A stretch of DNA of 64,000 nt, from contig SYJA01000078.1 in the NCBI GenBank assembly GCA_005798555.1, forward strand, positions 25,191 through 89,190. Reading direction: 5' to 3'. Below the pieces are notes generated by a model. The model was not told the origin of the DNA. It ran no database searches and saw nothing but the letters and a program-made list of their open reading frames with translations. Position numbers and translations under genes: made by a program. Shown here piece by piece: positions 26,591 to 36,829 of the stretch. Within the stretch, counting starts at the first letter, position 1; each line of letters opens with the position of its first letter. Origin of the DNA: Actinomycetota bacterium (GTDB lineage Bacteria; Actinomycetota; Actinomycetes; S36-B12).

Positions 26591-28015
26591 ATGTCAGTTA
26601 ATACGACCACCGATACCCGTACTTCGTTGCCGCCGAATGACCCGGCGACCTGGCGTAACGTGCCGAAGTCATCGGTGCCGATTGACCCGGCCCGGGTGCA
26701 AGCGATGCTGGATCAGGAGTGGGAGCGATTCGCCGCCACCACCGGCGGATCAGCCGCTCATCATGTTCGGGCAGCTGGTTCATTGCCGTTGGGCGTGCCG
26801 TCGTCATTCCAACACTGGGATCCATACCCGATCGCAATCGAGTCGGCAAAGGGTGCCTGGCTGCAAGACGTTGACGGTCGACCACTCCTTGACCTGTCTA
26901 TGGGCTTTGGTGCGATGCTGGTCGGTCACTTGAACCCGGCCGTGGTCAAGGCGGTGATGACCGCACTTGAGACGGGCACGCTGTTCGTAACCCCTTCGCC
27001 TTCGGCAACGGAAGTCTCGGAAAGATTCCAACGCCGATTCGGGCTGGATCGGGTGCGCTTCACCAACTCCGGCACCGAAGCAACCATGTATGCGGTGCGC
27101 ACGGCTCGGGCCTACACGCATCGTCACGCGATTGTCAAGATCGAGGGTGGGTATCACGGCGGTTATGACGCACTGGTAGTTTCGGCCAAACCCGATCTCG
27201 CAATAGCCGGCCCCGAAGGTTTCCCGAACCCGGTTGTCCCGTTTGATGTCGAGGCCGGCACCGTGCACGTTGTTCCTTACAACAATCTCGAGCGACTCGA
27301 GGAGATCCTGAGCGCCCATAGCGACGAGATTGCCGCCGTGGTGATGGAGCCGGTGCTGGAGAATATTTCCATAGTACTTCCAGATGCCGGATATCTTGCA
27401 GGAGTCCGCGCAGCATGTGATGCGCACGGCGTGCTACTTGTTTTCGACGAGGTCAAGACCGGGCTCACCGCTGGTTACGGCGGCGCATCGCAGCGCCTCG
27501 GCGTGACACCGGATCTGGTCTGCCTGGCCAAGAGCATTGGCGGCGGCCTGCCGCTGGCTGCATTTGGTGGGCGCGCCGAGGTGATGGCCGCGGTAACCGA
27601 TGGGCGGATGCCGCACTTCGGCACTTACAACGGCAATCCTTTGGTGATGGCCGCAGCCGCCGCGGTTGACGAGATTTGCACCATGGAGGCACTGGCTGCC
27701 GCGGAGTTAGTGAACGAGGGTGCGCTGCGCGCCGCGGATGACCTAATCGTGCGCCACGAACTCCCCGCGCACACCGTTGGCTTCGGGGTAAAGGGCGCGA
27801 TCACTTGGTCGACCACACCGGTTCGCACCTACCGCGATTACAAGCGCACCGATTTTGGCGCCGCCGAACTCAGTTGGCTATGGGGCGTTAACCGGGGCAT
27901 CCTCACGCCACCGGGGCTCGATGAGCAGTGGTTGGTTTCCCTCGCGCACACGGCCGCGGACATGGCCCTGATGGTCGATGCTTTTGACGAGTTGGCGCAA
28001 GCCCTGCGGGCCTAA
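26591..28015 (+). CDS. Class III (omega) aminotransferase / glutamate-1-semialdehyde aminomutase-like PLP enzyme
   Basis: FTNSGTEATMYAVRTAR motif, DEVKTG (PLP lysine) and HFGTYNGNP. ATG 26591 has a GGAG upstream. TTG 26576 is the start listed in the track. Confidence 0.8.
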   Translation: MSVNTTTDTRTSLPPNDPATWRNVPKSSVPIDPARVQAMLDQEWERFAATTGGSAAHHVRAAGSLPLGVPSSFQHWDPYPIAIESAKGAWLQDVDGRPLLDLSMGFGAMLVGHLNPAVVKAVMTALETGTLFVTPSPSATEVSERFQRRFGLDRVRFTNSGTEATMYAVRTARAYTHRHAIVKIEGGYHGGYDALVVSAKPDLAIAGPEGFPNPVVPFDVEAGTVHVVPYNNLERLEEILSAHSDEIAAVVMEPVLENISIVLPDAGYLAGVRAACDAHGVLLVFDEVKTGLTAGYGGASQRLGVTPDLVCLAKSIGGGLPLAAFGGRAEVMAAVTDGRMPHFGTYNGNPLVMAAAAAVDEICTMEALAAAELVNEGALRAADDLIVRHELPAHTVGFGVKGAITWSTTPVRTYRDYKRTDFGAAELSWLWGVNRGILTPPGLDEQWLVSLAHTAADMALMVDAFDELAQALRA

Positions 28016-28131
28016 TTTGGCGTCAGGGTCCTCCCACGCCCAGGTCGCGGGTTCGAGCCGGCCGAAGGGGGGTCTGCTCCACCACGAAGGTGGCAAGGGG
28101 CGTGCAGGCGCCCGATGGGGGAGGATGAGGA

Positions 28132-30159
28132 GTGCCTAATCGCCTGGCGAACTCGACGTCGCCTTATCTCCTTCAGCATCAGCACAACCCGGTTGATTGG
28201 TGGGAGTGGTCTGCCGAGGCGTTCGACGAAGCGCGGCGCCGTGATGTGCCAATCTTCTTATCGATCGGCTATTCAGCCTGCCACTGGTGCCATGTCATGG
28301 CCCATGAATCCTTCGAGGATGACGGCATTGCGGGGTACTTAAATGAAAACTTTGTTTCGATAAAGGTTGATCGCGAGGAGCGTCCCGACATTGATTCGGT
28401 TTACATGGACGTAACCGTTGCGATGACCGGCCATGGCGGCTGGCCGATGACGGTGATCTTGGATCATGATGCCCACCCCTTCTATGCGGGTACTTACTTT
28501 CCGCCGACTCCGCGACACGGCATGCCATCATTTCCGCAACTGCTGACGGCGATTACTGATTCGTGGATGCAGCGCCGCGATGAGGTTCTCGCGGCAGGTC
28601 AGCGCATCATCACTGCAATTAATGAGCGGACTACTCCGACACCAGAAGGTGGGCCGCCTGATGCTGGCGACCTTCGTGCGGCGGTGGGAGCTGCGGAACA
28701 AGACTTTGATTCAGGGCAGGGCGGGTTTGGCGGTGCGCCTAAGTTCCCACCGTCGATGCTGCTTGAGTTCTTGCTGCGTGAGTCGGCACGCACCGATGAT
28801 GCATTCGCGCTCGCGATGGCTGAGCGCACGCTCAACGCGATGGCACGTGGCGGGCTCTTCGATCAACTAGGTGGCGGGTTCGCTCGTTACTCGGTCGACG
28901 CCGACTGGGTGGTGCCACATTTCGAGAAGATGCTTTATGACAATGCGCTATTGCTGCGCGTATATTCCCACTGGTGGCGCCTAACCGGCTCAGTGCTTGC
29001 CGAGCGGGTGGTGCGGCAAACGGCCGGATTCTTGCTCCGGGAAATGCGAACCCCAGAAGGCGCATTCGCCTCCGCGCTCGATGCCGATAGCGAAGGTGTT
29101 GAGGGCTTGTTCTACGCGTGGTCGCCTGCACAACTGGTTGACGTGCTCGGCGCAGCTGATGGCGCCTGGGCGGGCGACCTACTTGCGGTAACGACTTCCG
29201 GAACCTTCGAGCACGGGCTGTCGACCCTGCAATTGCGCGATGAGCCGGCGGATCTGCCGCGTTGGGAGCTAGTTAGGTCCGCCCTGTTCGAGGCTCGGGC
29301 GCAGCGGGTGCGACCAGGTCGCGACGACAAAGTGGTCGCGGCCTGGAACGGGCTCGCAATCGCGGCATTGGCAGAAGCAGGGGCACTACTTGGTGAGCCA
29401 GACTGGATCGAGGCGGCCGTAGCCGCGGCAGACCTGCTCCTGGCGGTGCATTTGGGTGCCCATGACGATGATCGGCTCTGCCGCACCTCGCGTGACGGTC
29501 GGGCCGGTGCCAACGATGGTGTCCTTGATGACTACGGCAATGTTGCTGAGGGCTTCTTGGCCCTCTACCAAGTGACCGGGGCTGATGAATGGCTGGTGCT
29601 AGCGGGCAGGCTGCTTGATATCGCGATCCAGCATTTCGCCGATGGCGAAGGCGGGTTCTTTGATACAGCCGATGACGCACCCGCATTAGTGCGCCGGCCA
29701 CGCGATGCTGTTGACAATGCCGAGCCCTCGGGCTGGTTTGCCACCGCGAACGCCTGCATCACTTTCTCGGCACTGACCGGGATGAGCGAATACCGGGTTA
29801 TCGCGGAGCGGGCCCTTGGAGCTGCGAGGATGCTGTCAAAGCGATCGCCAAGGGCCGCTGGCTGGGGTTTGGCCGCGGCATCGGCCTTGCTCACCGGACC
29901 AATTGAGATTGCGGTTATCGGTACGCCTGCAGATCCCCGCGCAGCCGACTTGCATCACATCGCCTTGATGTCGGTGTCACCAGGTGCGGTAACGGCGCTG
30001 GCGGTGGCCGGAGAGGAATCCAGTGTGCCGCTGCTGCGCGATCGTCCGGCGGTAGACCAGTTGGCTACCGCTTACGTCTGCCACGGGTTCGTTTGTCAGC
30101 GCCCGACCACATCGGCGGTTGAATTGGAAAAGTTAGTTGCGCCCAGCAAGACGCAATAG
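28132..30159 (+). CDS. Thioredoxin-domain (DUF255) + six-hairpin glycosidase-like protein (YyaL / Rv1084-like)
   Basis: [17 protein letters not shown] and [11 protein letters not shown] motifs. 675 aa. A purine-rich RBS lies before the GTG at 28132. Confidence 0.85.
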   Translation: MPNRLANSTSPYLLQHQHNPVDWWEWSAEAFDEARRRDVPIFLSIGYSACHWCHVMAHESFEDDGIAGYLNENFVSIKVDREERPDIDSVYMDVTVAMTGHGGWPMTVILDHDAHPFYAGTYFPPTPRHGMPSFPQLLTAITDSWMQRRDEVLAAGQRIITAINERTTPTPEGGPPDAGDLRAAVGAAEQDFDSGQGGFGGAPKFPPSMLLEFLLRESARTDDAFALAMAERTLNAMARGGLFDQLGGGFARYSVDADWVVPHFEKMLYDNALLLRVYSHWWRLTGSVLAERVVRQTAGFLLREMRTPEGAFASALDADSEGVEGLFYAWSPAQLVDVLGAADGAWAGDLLAVTTSGTFEHGLSTLQLRDEPADLPRWELVRSALFEARAQRVRPGRDDKVVAAWNGLAIAALAEAGALLGEPDWIEAAVAAADLLLAVHLGAHDDDRLCRTSRDGRAGANDGVLDDYGNVAEGFLALYQVTGADEWLVLAGRLLDIAIQHFADGEGGFFDTADDAPALVRRPRDAVDNAEPSGWFATANACITFSALTGMSEYRVIAERALGAARMLSKRSPRAAGWGLAAASALLTGPIEIAVIGTPADPRAADLHHIALMSVSPGAVTALAVAGEESSVPLLRDRPAVDQLATAYVCHGFVCQRPTTSAVELEKLVAPSKTQ

Positions 30160-30222
30160 CGCAGTCAGCAATTCTTCAGTCGATTGCGGCATTAGGCCGA
30201 TCCTTACCTAGCCGAGTGCTAA

Positions 30223-30390
30223 CTACTCGTCATTCTCGAAGCAGGCAAACGCTATCCAGCACGAACCGGTGTAAGAGGGTTTTTGGGTGTCGCCGATACC
30301 GGCCACACCCGGACGAGCCCAACCCACCCCAAGTGCGAGCCGGCCGGTCGGTGCTGAACTAACAGGCGCATTCACATCAATAATAGGCAT
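30223..30390 (-). CDS. Conserved 55-aa small protein, paralogue 1 (unknown family)
   Basis: The ATG at 30390 has GGAGGG 11 nt upstream. The product is the same length as, and 27/55 identical to, the ORF at 41714-41881, with 10 of the conserved residues encoded by different synonymous codons. The listed 84-aa ORF (TTG 30477) is an unconserved 5' extension. Confidence 0.55.
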   Translation of the reverse strand: MPIIDVNAPVSSAPTGRLALGVGWARPGVAGIGDTQKPSYTGSCWIAFACFENDE

Positions 30391-30566
30391 AGGGTTTGCA
30401 TCCCTCCAGAGAGTGCTCGCAACGGGGTTGAGCGAATGCTCAAGGGAAACACCCGAGGAGCCAAAACGCAACAACAAATGATCGACGGTCTAGAACCAGC
30501 GGGGCTACCCCCATGAGCGCCCACCGCGCAACCGCGCTAGTTCTAGCCACGACGGCTGAGGTCGCT

Positions 30567-30961
30567 CTAAGGAATGAAATACATCGGGTTGGGTAGTAAG
30601 AACCCCTGCGCGGTATGGCCACCGGCCGAGTCACTGATCTGATCGCCGATCACGAACCCGATTCGCCAGCCTTGCACACCTCCTGCGAGGTATCGCCGCA
30701 GGTTCGAACAAGCCATTTGCGCAGGTACTTATCGGCGCTTTTCGCTACGGCGCGCTGGTCATTTACGAATTGGCCAGATGCGCGGTAAGCGCGGATTTCA
30801 TCGGCGAAGCCCGCTCCGGCTGTGTAGAAACCGGTGGCGGAAAGCGGCGGTGGCCGCTGGTCCACCCCCTGAATCTGGGTTGCCTGACCGGGCACGATGA
30901 TCGGGTGCACATCGGTTGCCGCATGCGCCGGCGCCACCGCAATTAAACCGGTCAGGGCCAA
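30567..30961 (-). pseudogene. Remnant of a HAD-superfamily class B (plant-type) acid phosphatase, with internal deletion and frameshift
   Basis: The 103-aa piece (30650-30961) has a signal-peptide end and an N-terminal helical region (ADEIRAYRASGQF..AKSADKYLRKW). The +1 frame (30659-30567) encodes FVIGDQISDSAGGHTAQGFLLPNPMYFIP, the typical C-terminus of this family. The DxDxT catalytic core between them is absent. Confidence 0.5.
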
Positions 30962-31090
30962 GGCGGCAATCGCCGTTGCTGGACCAGATACTCCGCGAGT
31001 TATTGGAATACGCAGTTTTCCATGTTATCCGGATGCCTCGGGCTGCGCGATAGTCCGCACTAACCGGGTGCAACGGAGTAACCTGCCCAT

Positions 31091-31852
31091 GTGGGTCTTA
31101 GAAATCTCCTATACGGCGTCTATGAGCGCAATCTCCTGGGGCAGATTCCACCGGCTGATCGTCCGCGGCATATTGGCGTAATTCTCGACGGAAACCGCCG
31201 GTGGGCAACCGCCCAAGGCTCATCATCTTCGGCCGGCCATCGAGCCGGCGCCGCCAAGATAGTTGATTTCCTCGGCTGGTGTGATGAAGTTGACGTGGAA
31301 GTGGTGACCTTATGGCTGCTGTCCACCGACAACCTGAATCGGCCGGAGCCTGAACTTGGCGCACTGCTGGGCATCATTGAAGAAACTGTGTCGGGGCTGG
31401 TTGCCCAGGGCCGCTGGCGGCTGCACCCGGTGGGCGCCCTTGACCTATTACCGGACTGCACCGCTCGGTTGCTTAAAGAGGCCGAGGAGGCCACGGCCGA
31501 CGTTTCCGGGTCACTTGTCAATATCGCTGTCGGCTACGGCGGTCGGCGCGAGGTAGTCGACGCGGTGCGCGCACTGTTGCAGGAACAAGCCAGCCTGGGC
31601 ACGAGCCTGGACGAACTCGCGCAGGTTATTGACGTTGAGCACATCGCCGAACACCTGTATACCAAGGGTCAGCCCGACCCTGACTTAGTCATTCGAACAT
31701 CAGGTGAACAGCGGCTGTCCGGCTTCTTGCTGTGGCAAAGTGCGCACTCGGAGTTTTACTTCTGTGAGGCCTATTGGCCTGATTTTCGGCACGTTGACTT
31801 CCTGCGCGCGCTGCGCGCCTACGCAGATCGGCAGCGCAGGTTCGGCGCCTAG
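31091..31852 (+). CDS. uppS: Z-isoprenyl diphosphate synthase (UppS family; Rv1086-like position)
   Basis: HIGVILDGNRRWA catalytic motif, IRTSGEQRLSGFLLWQ and RRFG C-terminal motifs. Confidence 0.85.
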   Translation: MGLRNLLYGVYERNLLGQIPPADRPRHIGVILDGNRRWATAQGSSSSAGHRAGAAKIVDFLGWCDEVDVEVVTLWLLSTDNLNRPEPELGALLGIIEETVSGLVAQGRWRLHPVGALDLLPDCTARLLKEAEEATADVSGSLVNIAVGYGGRREVVDAVRALLQEQASLGTSLDELAQVIDVEHIAEHLYTKGQPDPDLVIRTSGEQRLSGFLLWQSAHSEFYFCEAYWPDFRHVDFLRALRAYADRQRRFGA

Positions 31853-31966
31853 TCTCCGGCGTGTCAACGCGCGATGTCGACTTTGTCCCTTTAGCGTCAG
31901 AAGCGCGGGTTTGCAGCCGCGGACCCGCGTCCGCGCCCGGCCGCCTGCGGCCGCACAGGAGGCTAA

Positions 31967-33280
31967 GTGACCCCATCAAAGTCCAGCCCCGCTCGCCGCA
32001 CCTACGTTCTTGACACTTCAGTTTTACTCTCGGATCCCCGGGCGATGCTGCGCTTTGATGAGCATGATGTCGTAATCCCTGTAGTCGTAATTATCGAGCT
32101 CGAGGCCAAGCGCAGCCATCCAGAGCTCGGGTATTTCGCGCGCAATGCGCTGCGATTATTAGATGACCTGCGTATCACCCATGGCCGCCTAGATGCCGCG
32201 ATGCCGGTCGGTGAGCTAGGCGGCACCTTGCGCGTCGAGCTCAATCACATCGACACCTCGGTATTGCCGACCGGGTTCCAATTAGGCGATAACGACACCC
32301 GCATTTTGGCGGTGGCCCGCAGTTTGTCGAATGAGGGGTGCGATGTTGTCCTAGTCAGCAAGGACCTCCCAATGCGCGTCAAGGCCTCAGCCGTCGGACT
32401 GGCCGCAGAGGAGTATCGCGCGGAGTTGGTCGTTGAGACTGGTTTCACCGGGATGGCCGAGATCGATGTAGCGGCCGCAGAAATCGATCAACTTTATGAC
32501 GAAACCGTTATTGATCTAGATGCTGCCCGCGACCTTGCCTGTCACACCGGTTTGGTGCTGATCTCCGATCGCGGTAGCGCACTTGGCAGGGTAACCGCCG
32601 ACAAGCGGGTGCGCTTGGTGCGTGGTGATCGAGAGGCATTTGGTCTGCACGGGCGAAGTGCGGAGCAGCGCATCGCACTTGACCTACTTCTTGACCCGGA
32701 TATCGGGATCGTCTCACTCGGTGGTCGCGCCGGTACCGGTAAGAGCGCGCTAGCTTTGTGTGCTGGCCTGGAGGCCGTGCTTGAGCGCAGGCAGCATCGC
32801 AAGGTGATCGTGTTCCGGCCGTTATTTGCAGTCGGCGGTCAAGAGCTTGGGTACCTGCCGGGCAATGAGCAAGAGAAGATGTCCCCTTGGGGGCAGGCGG
32901 TCTTCGACACGTTGGGTGCGGTCACGACCCAAGAGGTCGTCGAAGAGATCGTCGACCGCGGGATGCTCGAAGTCTTGCCCCTGACCCACATCCGGGGGCG
33001 CTCGCTGCACGATGCGTTCGTCATCGTGGACGAAGCCCAATCCCTTGAACGAAATGTGCTGTTGACGGTGCTGTCGCGCATCGGCCGCGATAGCCGGGTC
33101 GTGCTCACCCACGACGTTGGTCAGCGCGACAATCTGCGGGTGGGCCGGCACGACGGCGTAGTGGCGGTGGTCGAGAAGTTGAAGGGGCACCCGTTATTCG
33201 CCCATGTCACCTTGACTCGATCAGAACGCTCGCCGATAGCGGCTTTGGTCACCGAGATGCTGGAAAGCATTGAGCTGTAA
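31967..33280 (+). CDS. phoH2: PhoH2: PIN-domain RNase fused to PhoH-like ATPase
   Basis: N-terminal [12 protein letters not shown] motif and Walker A GRAGTGKS. The GTG start is preceded by CAGGAGG. Confidence 0.85.
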   Translation: MTPSKSSPARRTYVLDTSVLLSDPRAMLRFDEHDVVIPVVVIIELEAKRSHPELGYFARNALRLLDDLRITHGRLDAAMPVGELGGTLRVELNHIDTSVLPTGFQLGDNDTRILAVARSLSNEGCDVVLVSKDLPMRVKASAVGLAAEEYRAELVVETGFTGMAEIDVAAAEIDQLYDETVIDLDAARDLACHTGLVLISDRGSALGRVTADKRVRLVRGDREAFGLHGRSAEQRIALDLLLDPDIGIVSLGGRAGTGKSALALCAGLEAVLERRQHRKVIVFRPLFAVGGQELGYLPGNEQEKMSPWGQAVFDTLGAVTTQEVVEEIVDRGMLEVLPLTHIRGRSLHDAFVIVDEAQSLERNVLLTVLSRIGRDSRVVLTHDVGQRDNLRVGRHDGVVAVVEKLKGHPLFAHVTLTRSERSPIAALVTEMLESIEL

Positions 33281-33534
33281 GCCTCCGCGGCTCGCCCGGT
33301 AATAAAAAAATCTGAGGCGCAGAGCGGAACGAACCTGTGGACAAGGTTGTTGACAAGCATGTGATCCCTGTCACTTTAATTTGCGGTCTCCTCCGTAATC
33401 CTGTTGTGAAAATCGATCTATGCCCATTTTGTAATGATTTGGTAGTGAGAACTACCACTCGCAGTTTACGTGACACATCGGCCGGAACCGGGCACGGTGG
33501 GACTTATGAAGTCGGCGCCGGGAGGTGGGTGAGG

Positions 33535-34083
33535 ATGCGGGGCCAAAGGATCGGGTCAACGGCTGTTGCTGTTGCCACCGCCATCGCGCTGTTACTCACC
33601 GGGCCGGGGGCCGTGGCGGCCGAAGGGCCGGCCGGCGCTGACCAGGTATCTCCCGCACCGCCAGCGCGCAAGCAGGTTGAACTTGCCTTGGCCCAGGGGG
33701 AATTCAAATCAGGTGACCGTCGCGGGGTGATGGTGAGCCTTTATCAAGGTAAGTGGTTCATGCCAAGGCGCGAGAAAGTCCGCAAATGCATCACCAAGCG
33801 CGAGAGCGGTGCGAATTACCAAGCCGTGAGCGCGGGCGGCCGCTATCGCGGTGCGTACCAGATGAATCGCCGGATAGCGGTGGGTGCCTCTTGGATGATG
33901 CAGCGTGAAGTGGCTAAGGAGTTTGGATCCGAAGCCGTAAAACTGGTGATCGCCTTGCGCAAAAAGCCAACCCAGCAGTGGAACCGATATTGGCAGGACC
34001 GGGCATTTTGGACTGTCTGGCGCCACGGCGAAGGCAAAAGCCACTGGCGCGGTGGCGGGAAAAACTGCATGAAGCGCCGGTAG
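33535..34083 (+). CDS. Secreted protein with a transglycosylase-like (SLT/Rpf-fold) domain
   Basis: The ATG at 33535 is preceded by GGGAGG. It has a signal peptide (AVATAIALLLTGPGAVAAEG). The motif CITKRESGANYQAVSAGGRYRGAYQM resembles the C..ESGGNY.A.N.SG.YRGAYQF transglycosylase motif. The listed start at 33337 lies in an AT-rich non-coding leader. Confidence 0.55.
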   Translation: MRGQRIGSTAVAVATAIALLLTGPGAVAAEGPAGADQVSPAPPARKQVELALAQGEFKSGDRRGVMVSLYQGKWFMPRREKVRKCITKRESGANYQAVSAGGRYRGAYQMNRRIAVGASWMMQREVAKEFGSEAVKLVIALRKKPTQQWNRYWQDRAFWTVWRHGEGKSHWRGGGKNCMKRR

Positions 34084-35745
34084 CTACGGCGGCGCCCCGA
34101 CCGGAATCCGCGCTGAAATTGGGCGCATGGTCTCAGCAAAGAAATCATTTCCCAAGTCGTCGACGACAACGAAGGCCGGGAAGTCGACAACTTCAATTCG
34201 CCAGACGGCCTCCATCCCAAGTTCGGGAAAATCAAGGACTTCGACTTTAGTGATGTTGTCCTGCGCCAAGCGCGCAGCCGGCCCTCCAATTGACCCAAGA
34301 TAAAAACCGCCGTTGGTCTTGCATGCCTCGGTCACGGCTTTACTTCTGTTGCCCTTGGCGAGCATGACGAATGAGCCACCGGCTTTCTGGAATAGATCAA
34401 CGTAACCATCCATCCGACCGGCGGTGGTTGGTCCGAAGGAACCCGATGCGTAGCCTTCGGGGGTCTTCGCTGGGCCCGCGTAGTAGACGGCGTGGTTTCG
34501 GAAATACTCAGGCAGCGGTTCACCCCGGTCCAGCATTGACTTAATCCGGGCGTGGGCGAGGTCGCGGGCCACGATCAAGGATCCGGTAAGTGATACCCGG
34601 GTTTTGACGGGTAGCCCATGTAATTGCGCCCGGACCTCGTCCATCGGTACATCAAGGTTGATGCGCACAACCTCGTTCTCTAGTGCGCTCTCTTCGATTT
34701 CCGGCAGATAGTGCGCGGGATCGTGCTCAAGTGCCTCCAAGAAGACACCTTCGGGGGTGATCTTGGCCAGTGCCTGCCGGTCGGCCGAGCAGGAAACGGC
34801 AATGGCCACCGGGCAGGAGGCCCCATGGCGCGGCAGCCTGATGACTCTGACGTCATGACAGAAGTACTTGCCACCGAATTGGGCCCCGATGCCAAACTCC
34901 TGGGTCATCTTCCAGATCTCCTGCTCCATCGCAAGATCGCGGAAGCCGTGTCCGGTAGGTGAACCATGGACGGGCAGGGAGTCGTAGTAGCGGGCGCTCG
35001 CGTACTTTGCGGTCTTGACGGCAAACTCGGCGCTGGTGCCGCCGATGACAACTGCTAAGTGATACGGCGGGCAGGCGGCGGTGCCGATGCTGCGGAGTTT
35101 TTCATCAAGGAAAGTCGCAAAGGACTCAGGATTTAGTAAGGCGACCGTTTCTTGATACAGAAAACTCTTATTCGCGCTACCGCCACCTTTGGCCATGAAG
35201 AGGAAGTCGTAGGACTCCTCGTGACCAGCATGGTCATCGGCATAAATCTCGATCTGGGCTGGCAGGTTGTTTCCGGTATTGCGTTCTTCCCACATGGTTA
35301 TTGGCGCCAGTTGGGAGTAACGCAAGTTCAGTTTTTGGTAGGCGTCGAAGATGCCGGCCGAAAGGTGCTCGGCATCTTCACCTGATGTCCAGACGCGTTT
35401 GCCACGTTTGCCCATGACGATCGCGGTGCCGGAGTCCTGGCACATGGGCAGGATGCCGCCAGCCGCGATATTCGCATTCTTGAGCAGGTCCAGTGCGACA
35501 AAGCGGTCATTGGGGCTGGCTTCTGGGTCGGTCAAAATCGAGGCAAGCTGCTCGAGGTGAGCTGGGCGCAGCAGGTGTGAGATGTCTTTGATTGCCTCAT
35601 AGGCCAAAAGGCGTAGGGCTGCCGGCTCGACCTGGAGGAAGGTGCGCCCGCCGGCCGACACGGTTGAAACACCATCGGTGGTAATCAGTCGGTACTGGGT
35701 GGTGTCATCGCCGAGGGGCAGCAGGTCTTGGTACTGGAAGTCCAT
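34084..35745 (-). CDS. Class I (Fe-S) fumarate hydratase
   Basis: [20 protein letters not shown] start and [10 protein letters not shown] motif. Alpha and beta domains are in one 553-aa chain. The ATG at 35745 lies 5 nt after the glpX stop. The listed 618-aa ORF runs into glpX. Confidence 0.85.
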   Translation of the reverse strand: MDFQYQDLLPLGDDTTQYRLITTDGVSTVSAGGRTFLQVEPAALRLLAYEAIKDISHLLRPAHLEQLASILTDPEASPNDRFVALDLLKNANIAAGGILPMCQDSGTAIVMGKRGKRVWTSGEDAEHLSAGIFDAYQKLNLRYSQLAPITMWEERNTGNNLPAQIEIYADDHAGHEESYDFLFMAKGGGSANKSFLYQETVALLNPESFATFLDEKLRSIGTAACPPYHLAVVIGGTSAEFAVKTAKYASARYYDSLPVHGSPTGHGFRDLAMEQEIWKMTQEFGIGAQFGGKYFCHDVRVIRLPRHGASCPVAIAVSCSADRQALAKITPEGVFLEALEHDPAHYLPEIEESALENEVVRINLDVPMDEVRAQLHGLPVKTRVSLTGSLIVARDLAHARIKSMLDRGEPLPEYFRNHAVYYAGPAKTPEGYASGSFGPTTAGRMDGYVDLFQKAGGSFVMLAKGNRSKAVTEACKTNGGFYLGSIGGPAARLAQDNITKVEVLDFPELGMEAVWRIEVVDFPAFVVVDDLGNDFFAETMRPISARIPVGAPP

Positions 35746-35749
35746 GCCC

Positions 35750-36763
35750 TCAGCGTAGACCTGCATGCCTTGGGGCGGGGTGGTGCTCACACTGCAGTTC
35801 GCGAATTGTTCCGCTCTTGCTGCGCATGACGATTGAATGGGTGGTGGGGCCGTCTGGGCCGAAGTGGACCCCGCGCAGGAGATCACCGTCAGTGATGCCG
35901 GTGGCGCAGAAGAAAATGTTGTCGCCGGTGACCAGATCATCAGTAGTCAGTACCCGGTCTAGGTCGTGCCCGGCAGCAATGGCCTTTTGTCGCTCATCCG
36001 CATCACGTGGCCAAAGGCGGGCCTGAATGGTGCCCCCGAGGCAGGCCATCGCACAGGCGGCGATGATACCTTCTGGGGTGCCCCCGATGCCGGCTAGCAG
36101 GTCAACACCGGTGCCTGGCCGTGCGGCCATAATGGCCCCGGCTACGTCGCCGTCGGTAATGAATTTGATGCGCGCGCCAGCTTTGCGCACATTCGCGACA
36201 AGCTCTTCGTGTCGAGGACGATCAAGGATGCAAACGGTCAAGTCAGCGATGCTTTCGCCCTTACGGGTAGCTATCTGCTCCAGGTTCCAAGCGATTGGTG
36301 CGGTGATGTCGATGGCATCGGCGCATTGGGGTCCGACCACGAGTTTTTCCATATAGAAAACCGCACTCGGGTCGAACATGGCCCAGCGCTCTGCGACGGC
36401 GATGACCGCTATGGCATTGGGCATTCCCTTTGCGGCGAGAGTGGTGCCGTCGATTGGGTCCACGGCCACGTCGGCTTCTGGCCCGGTGCCATCTCCTACC
36501 CGCTCGCCATTGAAAAGCATCGGCGCATCGTCCTTCTCCCCTTCGCCGATGACGACGACGCCGTTCATCGATACGCTGCCGATCAGTGAGCGCATGGCGT
36601 TGACTGCGGCCCCGTCGGCGCCGTTTTTGTCACCTCGGCCGACCCAGCGCGCAGCCGCGATTGCCGCGGTCTCGGTGACCCGAACTAATTCCAGCGCCAG
36701 GTTGCGGTCGGGGACTTCGCCGCCGAAAACAGAGGTATTCACCGCGCTCATCTTGGCCTCCAT
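35750..36763 (-). CDS. glpX: Class II fructose-1,6-bisphosphatase
   Basis: [33 protein letters not shown] and DPIDGT motifs. Confidence 0.9.
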   Translation of the reverse strand: MEAKMSAVNTSVFGGEVPDRNLALELVRVTETAAIAAARWVGRGDKNGADGAAVNAMRSLIGSVSMNGVVVIGEGEKDDAPMLFNGERVGDGTGPEADVAVDPIDGTTLAAKGMPNAIAVIAVAERWAMFDPSAVFYMEKLVVGPQCADAIDITAPIAWNLEQIATRKGESIADLTVCILDRPRHEELVANVRKAGARIKFITDGDVAGAIMAARPGTGVDLLAGIGGTPEGIIAACAMACLGGTIQARLWPRDADERQKAIAAGHDLDRVLTTDDLVTGDNIFFCATGITDGDLLRGVHFGPDGPTTHSIVMRSKSGTIRELQCEHHPAPRHAGLR

Positions 36764-36829
36764 CGGGGGAGTCTAGCCGCTGTCGGCTGTGCTATCGCGC
36801 CTTTATCGTTGATGCAGCATCATTGATTC

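Noticed and set aside
28040-28075. tRNA-like fragment (GGTCGCGGGTTCGAGCCGG ... CTCCACCA) in the aminotransferase-DUF255 spacer, a possible relic att site
   Set aside because: The GGTTCGAGCC resembles a T-loop, but the flanking bases cannot form a T-stem (GCGGG versus CGGCC). No acceptor, D or anticodon arms can be drawn. There is no integrase or direct repeat nearby, so this is probably chance similarity in GC-rich DNA.
33281-33534. c-di-AMP (ydaO) riboswitch upstream of the transglycosylase-like gene
   Set aside because: It was expected from the gene context, but the conserved blocks (GGGGACCCA, GGGGUGAAUC, CCGAACCCGUCAGCUAACCUCGUAAGCG) are absent on either strand.
35746-35940. 65-aa N-terminal extension of the fumarate hydratase ORF
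   Set aside because: It overlaps the 3' end of glpX. Class I fumarases start close to the MDFQYQ-type sequence found at ATG 35745.
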